Shown here piece by piece: positions 25,351 to 34,779 of a DNA stretch of 55,298 nt (its first letter is position 1; every line of letters starts with the position of its first letter). The DNA comes from a virus (taxonomy: Duplodnaviria; Caudoviricetes), in IMG/VR virus record IMGVR_UViG_3300030107_001856, positions 1 to 55,298 of that record, one strand, 5' to 3'. The notes beneath the pieces are model-generated. The model was not told the DNA's origin. It worked only from the letters and a program-made list of their open reading frames with translations, and searched no databases. Made by a program: the position numbers and the translations under genes.

Positions 25351-27507
25351 ATGACTGACGAAACACAATTTTTAGAAGACAGTACCAGTTCTTATTTAGA
25401 AGATGGTAGTCAAGAAACTGAAGATGCTTCGGGTATAACTGACCACATATACAAATTATTTTCTAGGGCAGAAGATGCAAAGTATCAGGAGGAGTCAAAC
25501 TGGATACGTGCGTACAAAAACTATAGGGGCATATACTCTCCTGATGTACAGTTTACTGAGGCAGAAAAGTCTCGCGTATTTATAAAAGTAACAAAGACAA
25601 AAGTGTTAGCAGCATACAGTCAATTAGTAGATGTATTACTTGCTAACAATGAGTTTCCTCTATCCATTGAGCCAACAACTTTACCAGAGGGCGTTGCAGA
25701 AACTGTAAACTTTGATCCTAACGAACCTAAAGATGTAGATGTTGGTGAGATGCCAAAAGATCTATACGGCTACGAGGGTGACGGTAAAGTTTTACCTGCT
25801 GGTGCTACAGAGTTAAATGAGCTATCAGAAAAACTAGGCCCACTAAAAGATATACTAGAAGATGTAGACATTTTAAAAGAAGGATTTGGCATAACGCAAT
25901 CTGCTGTCAACTTTCATCCTGCAATGGTAGCTGCAAAGATGATGGAGAAGCAGATAAAAGATCAGCTAGAAGAGTCTGACGCTAGTATGCATCTAAGAAA
26001 CACTGCATTTGAGTGCGCTCTGTTTGGTACTGGTGTACTCAAAGGGCCATTTGCTACAACTAAAGAGTATGCAAACTGGAACGATGAGGGAGAATACGAT
26101 CCAACAATTAAGACAGTTCCTAAAGTATCCTATGTTTCTGCTTGGAACTTTTACCCTGACCCTGACGCATCTAACATGGAAGAGTGCGACTACGTAATAG
26201 AGCGTCACAAACTTACCAAGACACAATTAAGAAATCTACGAACCAGACCCTTCTTTAGAGAAGAGGCAATTGCAGAGGCAATAGATATAGGCCAAAACTA
26301 CAACATCAAGTGGTGGGAGTCTAGCCTACTTGATTCTCAAGACGAAGAAAGTTCCCGTGGATATGACACATATAGATACGAGGCCCTAGAATATTGGGGC
26401 GTAATGGACAGAGAGCTTGTAGAAGAATCTGGCATAGAAATACCAGAAGACTATGAAGACGTAAATGAACTACAGGTAAACGTGTGGATATGTAATGGCG
26501 AAGTGCTACGGTTTGTGGTCAATCCATTCCTACCAAAGCGCATACCATACTGCGCTGTTCCGTATGAAGTAAACCCATATGCTTTCTTTGGCATTGGGGT
26601 TGGTGAAAACATGGACGATACACAGACACTAATGAATGGTTTTATGCGTATGGCAGTAGATAATGCAGTCTTGTCAGGTAACTTACTTATAGAGGTTGAT
26701 GAAACAAACCTAACCCCAGGACAGGATCTTACAGTATATCCAGGAAAAGTATTTAGAAGACAGGGGGGTGCGCCTGGACAGGCTATATTTGGCACTAAGT
26801 TTCCTAACGTAAGTAACGAAAATATGCAGTTGTTTGACAAGGCCAGAGTGTTAGCTGACGAGTCAACGGGCATACCATCCTTCTCACATGGGCAGACAGG
26901 TGTTACAGGGGTAGGTAGAACGGCAGCTGGTATCTCTATGTTGATGGGGGCCGCAGCAGGTTCTGTAAAAACGGTTGTCAAAAACTTTGATGACTATATG
27001 CTACGCCCATTAGGTCAGGCTATGTTTGCATTCAATATGCAGTTTAACTACAACAAAGATATAAAAGGTGACCTAGAAGTTAAGGCTAGGGGATTAGAAA
27101 GCCTAATGCAAAATGAGGTAAGATCACAACGCCTCATGTCTTTCTTGCAGATAACTAGTAATCCTGTACTTGCACCGTTTGCTAAGTTTCCTTACATAAT
27201 ACGAGAGATAGCTAAGTCGATGATGCTAGATCCTAACAAAGTTACTAATACTCCAGAAGAAATGTTGAGGCAAACATACTTGATGCAACAACAACAGCAA
27301 GGGCAACCACAACAACAGCAAGGCGAAATGGATATGACAGGTGCAGGTAATGCTAACATAGGTGTAGGAGGAGTACCAGTACCAGGAGAACCACAGTTCT
27401 CAGGTAACCCACAACAAGCACCACAACAAGCACCTCCACAACAACAACAACAACAGATGCAACAACCACCACCTGATGCTGGGTTACCCCCAGGATTATT
27501 ACAATAA
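25351..27507 (+). CDS. Portal protein
   Basis: 718 aa after TerL; ALFGTGVLKG, FYPDP, FFGIGV, ADESTGIP..GQ, RTAAGISML; Q/P-rich tail. Confidence 0.9.
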   Translation: MTDETQFLEDSTSSYLEDGSQETEDASGITDHIYKLFSRAEDAKYQEESNWIRAYKNYRGIYSPDVQFTEAEKSRVFIKVTKTKVLAAYSQLVDVLLANNEFPLSIEPTTLPEGVAETVNFDPNEPKDVDVGEMPKDLYGYEGDGKVLPAGATELNELSEKLGPLKDILEDVDILKEGFGITQSAVNFHPAMVAAKMMEKQIKDQLEESDASMHLRNTAFECALFGTGVLKGPFATTKEYANWNDEGEYDPTIKTVPKVSYVSAWNFYPDPDASNMEECDYVIERHKLTKTQLRNLRTRPFFREEAIAEAIDIGQNYNIKWWESSLLDSQDEESSRGYDTYRYEALEYWGVMDRELVEESGIEIPEDYEDVNELQVNVWICNGEVLRFVVNPFLPKRIPYCAVPYEVNPYAFFGIGVGENMDDTQTLMNGFMRMAVDNAVLSGNLLIEVDETNLTPGQDLTVYPGKVFRRQGGAPGQAIFGTKFPNVSNENMQLFDKARVLADESTGIPSFSHGQTGVTGVGRTAAGISMLMGAAAGSVKTVVKNFDDYMLRPLGQAMFAFNMQFNYNKDIKGDLEVKARGLESLMQNEVRSQRLMSFLQITSNPVLAPFAKFPYIIREIAKSMMLDPNKVTNTPEEMLRQTYLMQQQQQGQPQQQQGEMDMTGAGNANIGVGGVPVPGEPQFSGNPQQAPQQAPPQQQQQQMQQPPPDAGLPPGLLQ

Positions 27508-27713
27508 TGGAGTACAAAAAACTACGGGATATAGTTACGCATCCTCGATATGAAGAATTAGAAAAGCACATAAGTTACATGAGAGAAAGGGCTGTTGCTA
27601 ATCTTTCATATGCAGATGCTCCTGTAGAAATACACAGGTATCAAGGCCAGATATCCATATTAGATCAGCTATTAAAGCTAAAGGCTAATGTTATAAATGA
27701 TGGGAAAAAATAA
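27507..27713 (+). CDS. Small conserved post-portal protein
   Basis: IHRYQGQI..L..LL.L motif typical of the small gene following podovirus portals. Confidence 0.75.
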   Translation: MEYKKLRDIVTHPRYEELEKHISYMRERAVANLSYADAPVEIHRYQGQISILDQLLKLKANVINDGKK

Positions 27714-29118
27714 CATGATGAATGAAGAACCAGAAAACGAAGTACCATTTGGCTCTTTAGAAGAAGAAGTAGCTGACGATATACCTGTTATGTTATCAGA
27801 GGGTGAGTACGTAATACCTGCTGACGTTGTAAGATACTGGGGCCTAAAACACCTTGAAGAAATGCGTATGATGGCAAAGTGTGGTCTTATGTCTATGCAA
27901 CAGGATGGTAGATTACATATGGTAGATGAAGAGGGTGAGCCTGTTGAGACAGATATGCCAGAAGCACCACAGATAGAAGTTGTAGAGATAGATATACAGG
28001 CAATGCAAGATGATATGTCCGAAGAAGACGAAGACGAAGATGATGATGACGATATGGACAGACAAATGGAAATGTTTGAAGATAACGTAATAGAAGTAGA
28101 CTTTGATGGTAAGGATGAGGAAGATATATTAATGTTGAACGGTGGTGGAAGTGTAGGTGGTGATGGGCCAGCAGATGGTCAAGGTGATGATGTAGAGGAC
28201 AAAGATGAAGATGTTGGAACAGGAGATACAGGAACAGGTGGTGTTGGAGATACCGCTACAGAAGCCTCAGAAGCAGGAATAGCAGGTATTGCTGGAACAA
28301 ACCCAATAGGAGGAAGAGGAACTGATGGTATGTCAGATGACACTGCCGAAGACCCTGAAGTAAATCCTGGTAAAGATGCATCTGTAGCAGGGGCTAATGT
28401 TTCTGGAGTAGAAGAAGCAGCAGCAATATCTTCTTTAGTAAATAATATGACTAAAGCAGAAGCATCAAGAGCAAAAGCATATGGTGTTTTTAACACTCCA
28501 GAGTTAGTAGACAAACTAGGGTTAAAATCAAATGAAGATAGAGAAAAAGATATCGATGCCATACAAGAAGCTAGACACGCAAACAATCCTACAAGCAATC
28601 AAATGGATTTAAATGCTCTTACAGAAAAAGGTTTCCAAACAGAAAACCCAGGAGTTGTAGGAGTAACTAACGCATTAGCAGGTACATTAGCTTCAATAAA
28701 CCCTGCAATAGCAGCAACTTTAGCGGTAGGAAATATTGTAAATGCAGCGACAGGAAGAGAAACAATTGCTGGTTTTGGTGTTCCATCCATAGTAGGTGAG
28801 GTTTTTGGATTAGGAGAAACTTCAATAGCACAAGCCATAGGCGAACAACTATCTGGACTTGCACAAGATGTAGTTGATTTTTCTGAAACAGTTCCTGGTA
28901 ATATAGAAGATACAATAGATGCAGGTGTAGAAGCAGGAAAAGAAGTAGGTAGCTCTGATGACGATCAACAAAAAAGACAAACAGAATTACCTGATATGAC
29001 AAAACTTCTTAGCCTTACTACACAGTTACAAGGCATAGACACAAGAGTACCAATTAGAAATAGTTTAATGTCACAGGCTATAAATAATAATAGAGCCTCA
29101 CAACCAGTAACTACATGA
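27697..29118 (+). CDS. Head-associated protein with DDIPxxLSEGEYV domain and acidic low-complexity region
   Basis: N-terminal VADDIPVMLSEGEYVIPADVVRYWGL; sits between portal and scaffold. Confidence 0.7.
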   Translation: MMGKNNMMNEEPENEVPFGSLEEEVADDIPVMLSEGEYVIPADVVRYWGLKHLEEMRMMAKCGLMSMQQDGRLHMVDEEGEPVETDMPEAPQIEVVEIDIQAMQDDMSEEDEDEDDDDDMDRQMEMFEDNVIEVDFDGKDEEDILMLNGGGSVGGDGPADGQGDDVEDKDEDVGTGDTGTGGVGDTATEASEAGIAGIAGTNPIGGRGTDGMSDDTAEDPEVNPGKDASVAGANVSGVEEAAAISSLVNNMTKAEASRAKAYGVFNTPELVDKLGLKSNEDREKDIDAIQEARHANNPTSNQMDLNALTEKGFQTENPGVVGVTNALAGTLASINPAIAATLAVGNIVNAATGRETIAGFGVPSIVGEVFGLGETSIAQAIGEQLSGLAQDVVDFSETVPGNIEDTIDAGVEAGKEVGSSDDDQQKRQTELPDMTKLLSLTTQLQGIDTRVPIRNSLMSQAINNNRASQPVTT

Positions 29119-29196
29119 CATTAATTATTACGGGCTACCCGATACCCCTTTCAAGGTGAAAGGCTACTTGAGGCCCCTGATGCTAGGAGAATACTA

Positions 29197-30069
29197 ATGG
29201 CAATCGAAGAACAAATCGAAGATACATCCAACATTAAAGGACACGTTGTAAATACCAAAAGAAAATACAAAAGAGACATAGACGAAGAGACAGAGCTAAA
29301 AAATTTACTGGCTCAACGAGAAGCCTTGACGCAAGAGCAAGAGGAAATAAAAGCAGATGAGGAAGAAAACGAAACCTTAGATGCTGAAGAACTCACGTTT
29401 AAGAAAAGGTATGGTGATCTACGTAGACACAATCAACGTGTACAGGACGAACACAAAAAGCAACTTAAAAAGTTACAGTCTCAAATAAATGACCTGACTA
29501 AAAAATCTGTAAATTTACCTAAGTCAGAAGCAGAGATTTCAGAGTGGTCTAAAAAATATCCAGACGTTGCAAAAATGATGGAGTCAATTGCAATTAAAAA
29601 GTCTGGAGAAATGTCAGATGATCTGCAAAAAGAAATGAAAGAACTACAGGAGATGCGTAAAAATGTAGTTCGTGAGAAAGCAGAGTCTGAATTAAAAACA
29701 TTTCACCCTGACTACGATAACATACGTAAAGACCCTGCCTTCCATGAGTGGGCATCCGTGCAACCAAAATGGGTGCAAGAAGCTCTTTACGAAAATGATA
29801 CAGACGCTTACGGTTGTGCAAAAGCAATTACGCTTTACAAAGCAGAAAGAAAAGCATTTAAAAAAACAAATACACCTACAAATGCAGCAGATAATGTATC
29901 TGTAAAGGGTACTCCTAAAGCAGACACTGGTGCAAATAAAAAAGGTGGGTTTAAAGAATCTGACGTTCAGAAAATGACAGGCAGAGAATATGAAGCAAAT
30001 GAAGAGGCAATTACGGCATCTATACGTAATGGTAGCTTTATTTACGACATTTCTGGTGCAGCAATGTAA
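29197..30069 (+). CDS. Capsid scaffolding protein
   Basis: Coiled-coil, acidic, FKKRYGDLRRH, HPDY, C-terminal helix; immediately upstream of MCP. Confidence 0.8.
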   Translation: MAIEEQIEDTSNIKGHVVNTKRKYKRDIDEETELKNLLAQREALTQEQEEIKADEEENETLDAEELTFKKRYGDLRRHNQRVQDEHKKQLKKLQSQINDLTKKSVNLPKSEAEISEWSKKYPDVAKMMESIAIKKSGEMSDDLQKEMKELQEMRKNVVREKAESELKTFHPDYDNIRKDPAFHEWASVQPKWVQEALYENDTDAYGCAKAITLYKAERKAFKKTNTPTNAADNVSVKGTPKADTGANKKGGFKESDVQKMTGREYEANEEAITASIRNGSFIYDISGAAM

Positions 30070-30076
30070 TTAAGTG

Positions 30077-30105
30077 TTGACAAAACATTTTAATTAAATA
30101 TAACT
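30077..30105 (+). promoter_or_regulatory. Putative promoter for capsid gene
   Basis: TTGACA-16 bp-TATAACT. Confidence 0.55.
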
Positions 30106-30295
30106 ATATATCACTTGCATGATATGCCCCTGTTTAAAACAGCTACGTATATAAAAATGCAAAATCATATATATTTATAATAGAAGAAGAAGTAGGTTGG
30201 CTACCATTTTACTAGTTGGCCCCTCACGGTTAGAGGTCACCCACATATAGAAAATGCCCTGTACTTACGTGATATAAGCTATAACGGAGGAATCA

Positions 30296-31354
30296 ATGGC
30301 TTTTAAAACAGCTGCTGGTTACGGAAACCTCCCGAATGGTAACTTTTCACCTGTAATTTACAGTAAAAAAGTTCAGTCGGCTTTTCGTAAAACTAGCATT
30401 GCAGAAGATATCACCAACAGTGATTACTTTGGTGAGATCGCAAACTTCGGTGATACAGTGCGTATCATCAAAGAGCCTGAAATTACCGTTAAAGAGTATG
30501 CCCGTGGAACTCAAGTAACTCCACAGGATCTCGATGACGAAGATTTCACGCTCGTTGTGGACAAAGCAAACTACTTTGCTTTTAAAATAGATGACATCGA
30601 AGAAGCACATTCTCATGTGAACTTTGAGTCAATGGCAAGTGACCGTGCAGGTTACCGCCTAAAAGATCAGTTTGACCAAGAGGTATTAGGTTATCTTTCT
30701 GGCTTCAAACAGTCTGCAATAAACTCTGTTGCAGGTACAGCAAACGATGTTAAATCGGGTACAGATCCAATTGGTACTGTAGGATCAGATGGACTACTAT
30801 CTTCAATGTTACTTACTCATGGTGACTTTGCATCTGGTGGTACTGCTGCTAATTCAGTTGCCATATCTGCATCTAACTCTTCTGCTACTACTACTCCACT
30901 AGCAGTACTTAATCGTATGTCTAGACTTTTAGATCAGCAAAACGTAGACCGTGATGGTCGATGGGTTGTTGTTGATCCAATCTTTGCAGAAGAACTAAAC
31001 GATGAAAACTCTAAATTGCTAAGTAGCGATTTTTCTTCGGGAAATCCAGATATTCTACGTAATGGTAGAATTGTTTCTGGATTGATTCGTGGGTTCAGAG
31101 TTTATATGTCAAACAATCTACCGTCAGTAGGAACGGGTGCTGGAACAATCGCAACAGGTGGTTCTGGTTCTCACTTTGGCGTGATCGTTGCAGGACATGA
31201 CTCTGCTGTTGCTACTGCCTCGCAAGTAGAGAAAGTAGAAACATATCGTGACAACGACAGCTTTGCTGACATTGTTCGCGGTATGCATTTGTATGGACGC
31301 AAGATTCTTCGACCTGAAGCTCTTGTTCGTGCCAAATACAACTTGTACTCATAA
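30296..31354 (+). CDS. Major capsid protein (HK97 fold)
   Basis: GGAGG SD; FSPVIYSKKV, YFGEI..FGDTVRII, FAFKIDDIE, DIVRGMHLYGRKILRPEAL. Confidence 0.92.
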   Translation: MAFKTAAGYGNLPNGNFSPVIYSKKVQSAFRKTSIAEDITNSDYFGEIANFGDTVRIIKEPEITVKEYARGTQVTPQDLDDEDFTLVVDKANYFAFKIDDIEEAHSHVNFESMASDRAGYRLKDQFDQEVLGYLSGFKQSAINSVAGTANDVKSGTDPIGTVGSDGLLSSMLLTHGDFASGGTAANSVAISASNSSATTTPLAVLNRMSRLLDQQNVDRDGRWVVVDPIFAEELNDENSKLLSSDFSSGNPDILRNGRIVSGLIRGFRVYMSNNLPSVGTGAGTIATGGSGSHFGVIVAGHDSAVATASQVEKVETYRDNDSFADIVRGMHLYGRKILRPEALVRAKYNLYS

Positions 31355-31367
31355 GGGAGAATAGATC

Positions 31368-31892
31368 ATGGCAACATATGATATGACTAGCTCCGATACA
31401 GTTGGTGTTGGTGCTAATAGCATTGCAGCTTTACCATCAAAATTTGATAGCCACGTAGCATATACTATTGAGGCTACTTTAGATATTGATGATATGGTTC
31501 TAAAAGGATATTCTGGAGCAGATGGAGACATCTTTCAGCTTCTAGAAATTCCAGCAGGAGTCCTAGTTATCAATGCTGGTGCAGAAGTTATGAAGGTTTT
31601 CAATTCTTCTGTGACCGCAGACATAGACTTTGGTGAAGGAGATGATATTGTTGATGGTGCAGACGTAACATCAGCAGGTTTCTGTGCAGCAGGGTCTAAC
31701 GGTCAAACCAATGTTATTGGCACTGGTTCAGCTTCAACTTATACTCAATTTATGGCTTCTACAGACACAATTGATGTTAAGTTAGCAGGAGCAGCACCAA
31801 CAACAGGCAGACTTAGAGTTTACGCCGTTCTCGTTGATTGCAACGAACAGGGCGCGGAACCCGCAGCTGCCGCTAGGGATGCTCTAGCTTAA
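31368..31892 (+). CDS. Capsid decoration/minor capsid protein
   Basis: Follows MCP; GDIFQLLEIPAG.LV..AG...DTIDV...GRLRVYA jelly-roll-like pattern. Confidence 0.65.
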   Translation: MATYDMTSSDTVGVGANSIAALPSKFDSHVAYTIEATLDIDDMVLKGYSGADGDIFQLLEIPAGVLVINAGAEVMKVFNSSVTADIDFGEGDDIVDGADVTSAGFCAAGSNGQTNVIGTGSASTYTQFMASTDTIDVKLAGAAPTTGRLRVYAVLVDCNEQGAEPAAAARDALA

Positions 31893-31899
31893 TTGATTT

Positions 31900-31935
31900 A
31901 GGGGTGGTTCATTAGTTTGGGCTACCCCTTTATCT
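31900..31935 (+). terminator. Intrinsic terminator after capsid genes
   Basis: AGGGGTGGTTCA-loop-TGGGCTACCCCT followed by TTAT. Confidence 0.75.
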
Positions 31936-31951
31936 TAATTTTGGATATAAT

Positions 31952-32668
31952 ATGGCTACAACTTTTATTACATTAGTTAATGATGCGTTGAGGCGGTTGA
32001 ATGAAGTGGAGCTTACTTCCACAGATTTTGCAACCGCCACTGGCTTTAGGGCATTAGTAAAAGATGCAGTAAATGCGTCTTTGCAAGAAATATCGCAAAA
32101 AGAATTTGAGTTTCCATTTAATCATACTACTGGCTCTCTTACACTTGTAGCAGGTACATCCCAATATACTTTGGCAACAGACTTAAAAGTAGCAGATTGG
32201 GATAGCTTTAGAATAAACTATGACTCTAGTAATAACTATTCTGCTAGAGTGTTAAAGCTACTAAACTATGACTCATATAATAGAAGATATTTTGAAAGAG
32301 ATTCAGAAGCAGATACTGGCGATAGAGATCAGCCTATTTATGTATACAGAACACTAGATACTAAAGCAGGATTTACCCCTATACCTGACGCAGCTTATAG
32401 TGTAAGCTACGATTACTTTGCATATGCAACAGATTTGTCTGCATCTACAGATACAATGACTGTACCAGATGCATTTAAACACGTTGTATTAGACGGTGCG
32501 CTATATCACTGTTTTATATTTAGAGATAACTCTCAACAGGCAGGAATAGCCAAGGCAAAGTTTGACGAAGGCATAGAAAGAATGCGTACCCTTCTTATAA
32601 ACAGATTTGTAGATGTAAGAGATACTCGCGTAAATCGCGTATTGAATGTTCCGCATGGTAATGCGTAA
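31952..32668 (+). CDS. Tail adaptor (tail tubular protein A-like)
   Basis: LVNDALRRLNE, PIPDAAY...YDYF, VPDAFKHVV; position after head genes. Confidence 0.75.
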   Translation: MATTFITLVNDALRRLNEVELTSTDFATATGFRALVKDAVNASLQEISQKEFEFPFNHTTGSLTLVAGTSQYTLATDLKVADWDSFRINYDSSNNYSARVLKLLNYDSYNRRYFERDSEADTGDRDQPIYVYRTLDTKAGFTPIPDAAYSVSYDYFAYATDLSASTDTMTVPDAFKHVVLDGALYHCFIFRDNSQQAGIAKAKFDEGIERMRTLLINRFVDVRDTRVNRVLNVPHGNA

Positions 32669-34779
32669 TGGTGGATGCGCTAAGAGATGTAACCGTAAGT
32701 AGTAGAGGGGGTCTATATACTAATGAGGACGCACTTACATTAGCTACTACTTTCCCTGGCTCTGCATTACGAATGTTGAACATGGAAATATCTCAGTTTG
32801 GTGGATATAGAAGAATTAACGGATATACATCTTATGACTCTAGCTATGGAACTATTTCAGGAGTAGGGCCTGTCTTAGGATTATTTATACTAGAGGATAC
32901 ACCTTACGCCATACGAAGAAACGATGGAGATTTTACAGGATCACTTGGGGCTAACCCTTTTACAACTAGTAGCAGTAGTGCAACAATTACTGTAGCCCAT
33001 ACTAGTCACGGTCTAGCGGTAAGCGACAGAGTTATATTTTCAGGATCTTCTGCTGTAAACGGCATAACGCCAAACGATGTAGAAATGACTGTTGCATCTG
33101 TTGTTGATGCTAATAGTTACACAGTTGCCTTTACATCTAACGCCAGTGGTTCAGGCAGTGGCGGGGGTAGCTCAGTAACATTTAAATACTTTGACGTATC
33201 GGCAGCAAAAACATTTACTTTAGGGTCAAACCCTTTAAGCGTTTCAAATGAGAGTGCAATAATAACCGTTGCTCACACTGCACATGGGTTATCTGTAGGT
33301 AACTTTGTTACTTTATCTGGTAGTGATGCAATAGGTGGCATAACGCCAAACGATGTAGAGATGACAGTTGCTACAGTTCCTGATGCAAATAGTTATACCC
33401 TTACCTTTACATCCGCTGCTACTTCTACAGTTAGTGGTGGAGGTGGGTCTTCAGTAACTGCTAAGTATAGTCAGTACTATACAATATTTAAATATAATAC
33501 AGGTGGTTGGACAAGGGTGCATTCGTTTAGATCGTCAATAGGTGTATCTAAAGTACGTCATTCGTTTAATGATTTAGAAAGTAGTGTGAGTGTAGTTTTA
33601 ACAGACGGGGTAAATTTACCTTGTAAAATTACAGGAACTACATTTAGTACACACACTGCAAACACAGACCCTAAAGACCCTGAAGGTGCAAAAGTATCTG
33701 CGTTGTTTTCTGGTAGAGTGTTCTACGCAGGGTTTCCAACAGGTGCAGGTGCAGGTGGCCCTAGCTTTGTATTATTTACAACGTCTGGTGATGATGATGA
33801 CTTTACTGGATCTGCAAATGTATTGGACATGGGATTTAGCGTTGTAGGTATTGCCCCATTTAGAGATTCTCTGTTTGTGTTTGGGGAAAGAGAGATTAAA
33901 AAAATAGTTGCGGATGCAACCACTGTATTTGCTGTTCAAGATGTAACCACTAATGTAGGATGTATTGCCACAGATAGCATAATAGAATTAGGCGGTGATA
34001 TTTTATTTCTAGCGTCAGATGGTATTCGGCCTATTCAAGGTACGGCAAGAATTGGTGACGTAGAACTACAAACTATTTCTAAACCCATACAACAACTATT
34101 ACAAGGTTTGCCTAGTAGTCACGATTTAGATAACATGACCTCTGTAGTTATAAGAAACAAATCTCAGTTTAGGTATTTTTTTCCCTCTACTAGTACAGCA
34201 GCATCAGATACAGCAGGTATAATAGGGGGCTTACGTTTTGCAGATAGAAGAGTTGGTTGGGAGTTTGGTGAACTATTAGGTATACGTGCGTTTGTAGCAA
34301 CTAGTGGTTTAATAAACAAAGTAGAAACAGTGCTACATGGGGATGGCAATGGTGAAATATTTAAACAGGAGAGTGGTAGTACATTTAACACTGCTGATGT
34401 TACTGCTGTTTACGCATCGCCATTTTTATATTTCGACTCTACCGAAAGACGTAAGATATTTCAACATATTACGTTATTCACCAGACCAGAGGGTGAATCT
34501 ACAATTAACTTGGGTATAGCGTATGATTGGGATGATCCTAATACACCTGACCCAAGCACCTATTCTATAACGACAGCAGGTTCGTTGGCTAGGTACACAA
34601 CTACGGGTAGCACATATGATGCTACATTTAGATATGACGGGTCAACTAGCCCCGTATTAGAAACAAACATTCAAGGATCAGGTAGGGCAATTTCTCTGGT
34701 TATAACATCAACAGGAACCCAAGCACCCTATAGCATTAGTGGGTTTTCCATAACTTATCAGGATGCAGGATACAGATAA
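32668..34779 (+). CDS. Tail nozzle/stabilisation protein (tubular B-like) with two inserted FCCH-like beta domains
   Basis: GGL...GGYRRINGY, VGCIA.DSI.ELGGD..FLA.DG.R; duplicated ITVAHT.HGL.V...V..SG domain. Confidence 0.75.
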   Translation: MVDALRDVTVSSRGGLYTNEDALTLATTFPGSALRMLNMEISQFGGYRRINGYTSYDSSYGTISGVGPVLGLFILEDTPYAIRRNDGDFTGSLGANPFTTSSSSATITVAHTSHGLAVSDRVIFSGSSAVNGITPNDVEMTVASVVDANSYTVAFTSNASGSGSGGGSSVTFKYFDVSAAKTFTLGSNPLSVSNESAIITVAHTAHGLSVGNFVTLSGSDAIGGITPNDVEMTVATVPDANSYTLTFTSAATSTVSGGGGSSVTAKYSQYYTIFKYNTGGWTRVHSFRSSIGVSKVRHSFNDLESSVSVVLTDGVNLPCKITGTTFSTHTANTDPKDPEGAKVSALFSGRVFYAGFPTGAGAGGPSFVLFTTSGDDDDFTGSANVLDMGFSVVGIAPFRDSLFVFGEREIKKIVADATTVFAVQDVTTNVGCIATDSIIELGGDILFLASDGIRPIQGTARIGDVELQTISKPIQQLLQGLPSSHDLDNMTSVVIRNKSQFRYFFPSTSTAASDTAGIIGGLRFADRRVGWEFGELLGIRAFVATSGLINKVETVLHGDGNGEIFKQESGSTFNTADVTAVYASPFLYFDSTERRKIFQHITLFTRPEGESTINLGIAYDWDDPNTPDPSTYSITTAGSLARYTTTGSTYDATFRYDGSTSPVLETNIQGSGRAISLVITSTGTQAPYSISGFSITYQDAGYR

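Noticed and set aside
31340-31370. T7-style frameshift or readthrough extending the capsid protein into the next gene
   Set aside because: No slippery heptamer before the TAA stop; the downstream gene has its own GGGAG SD and ATG
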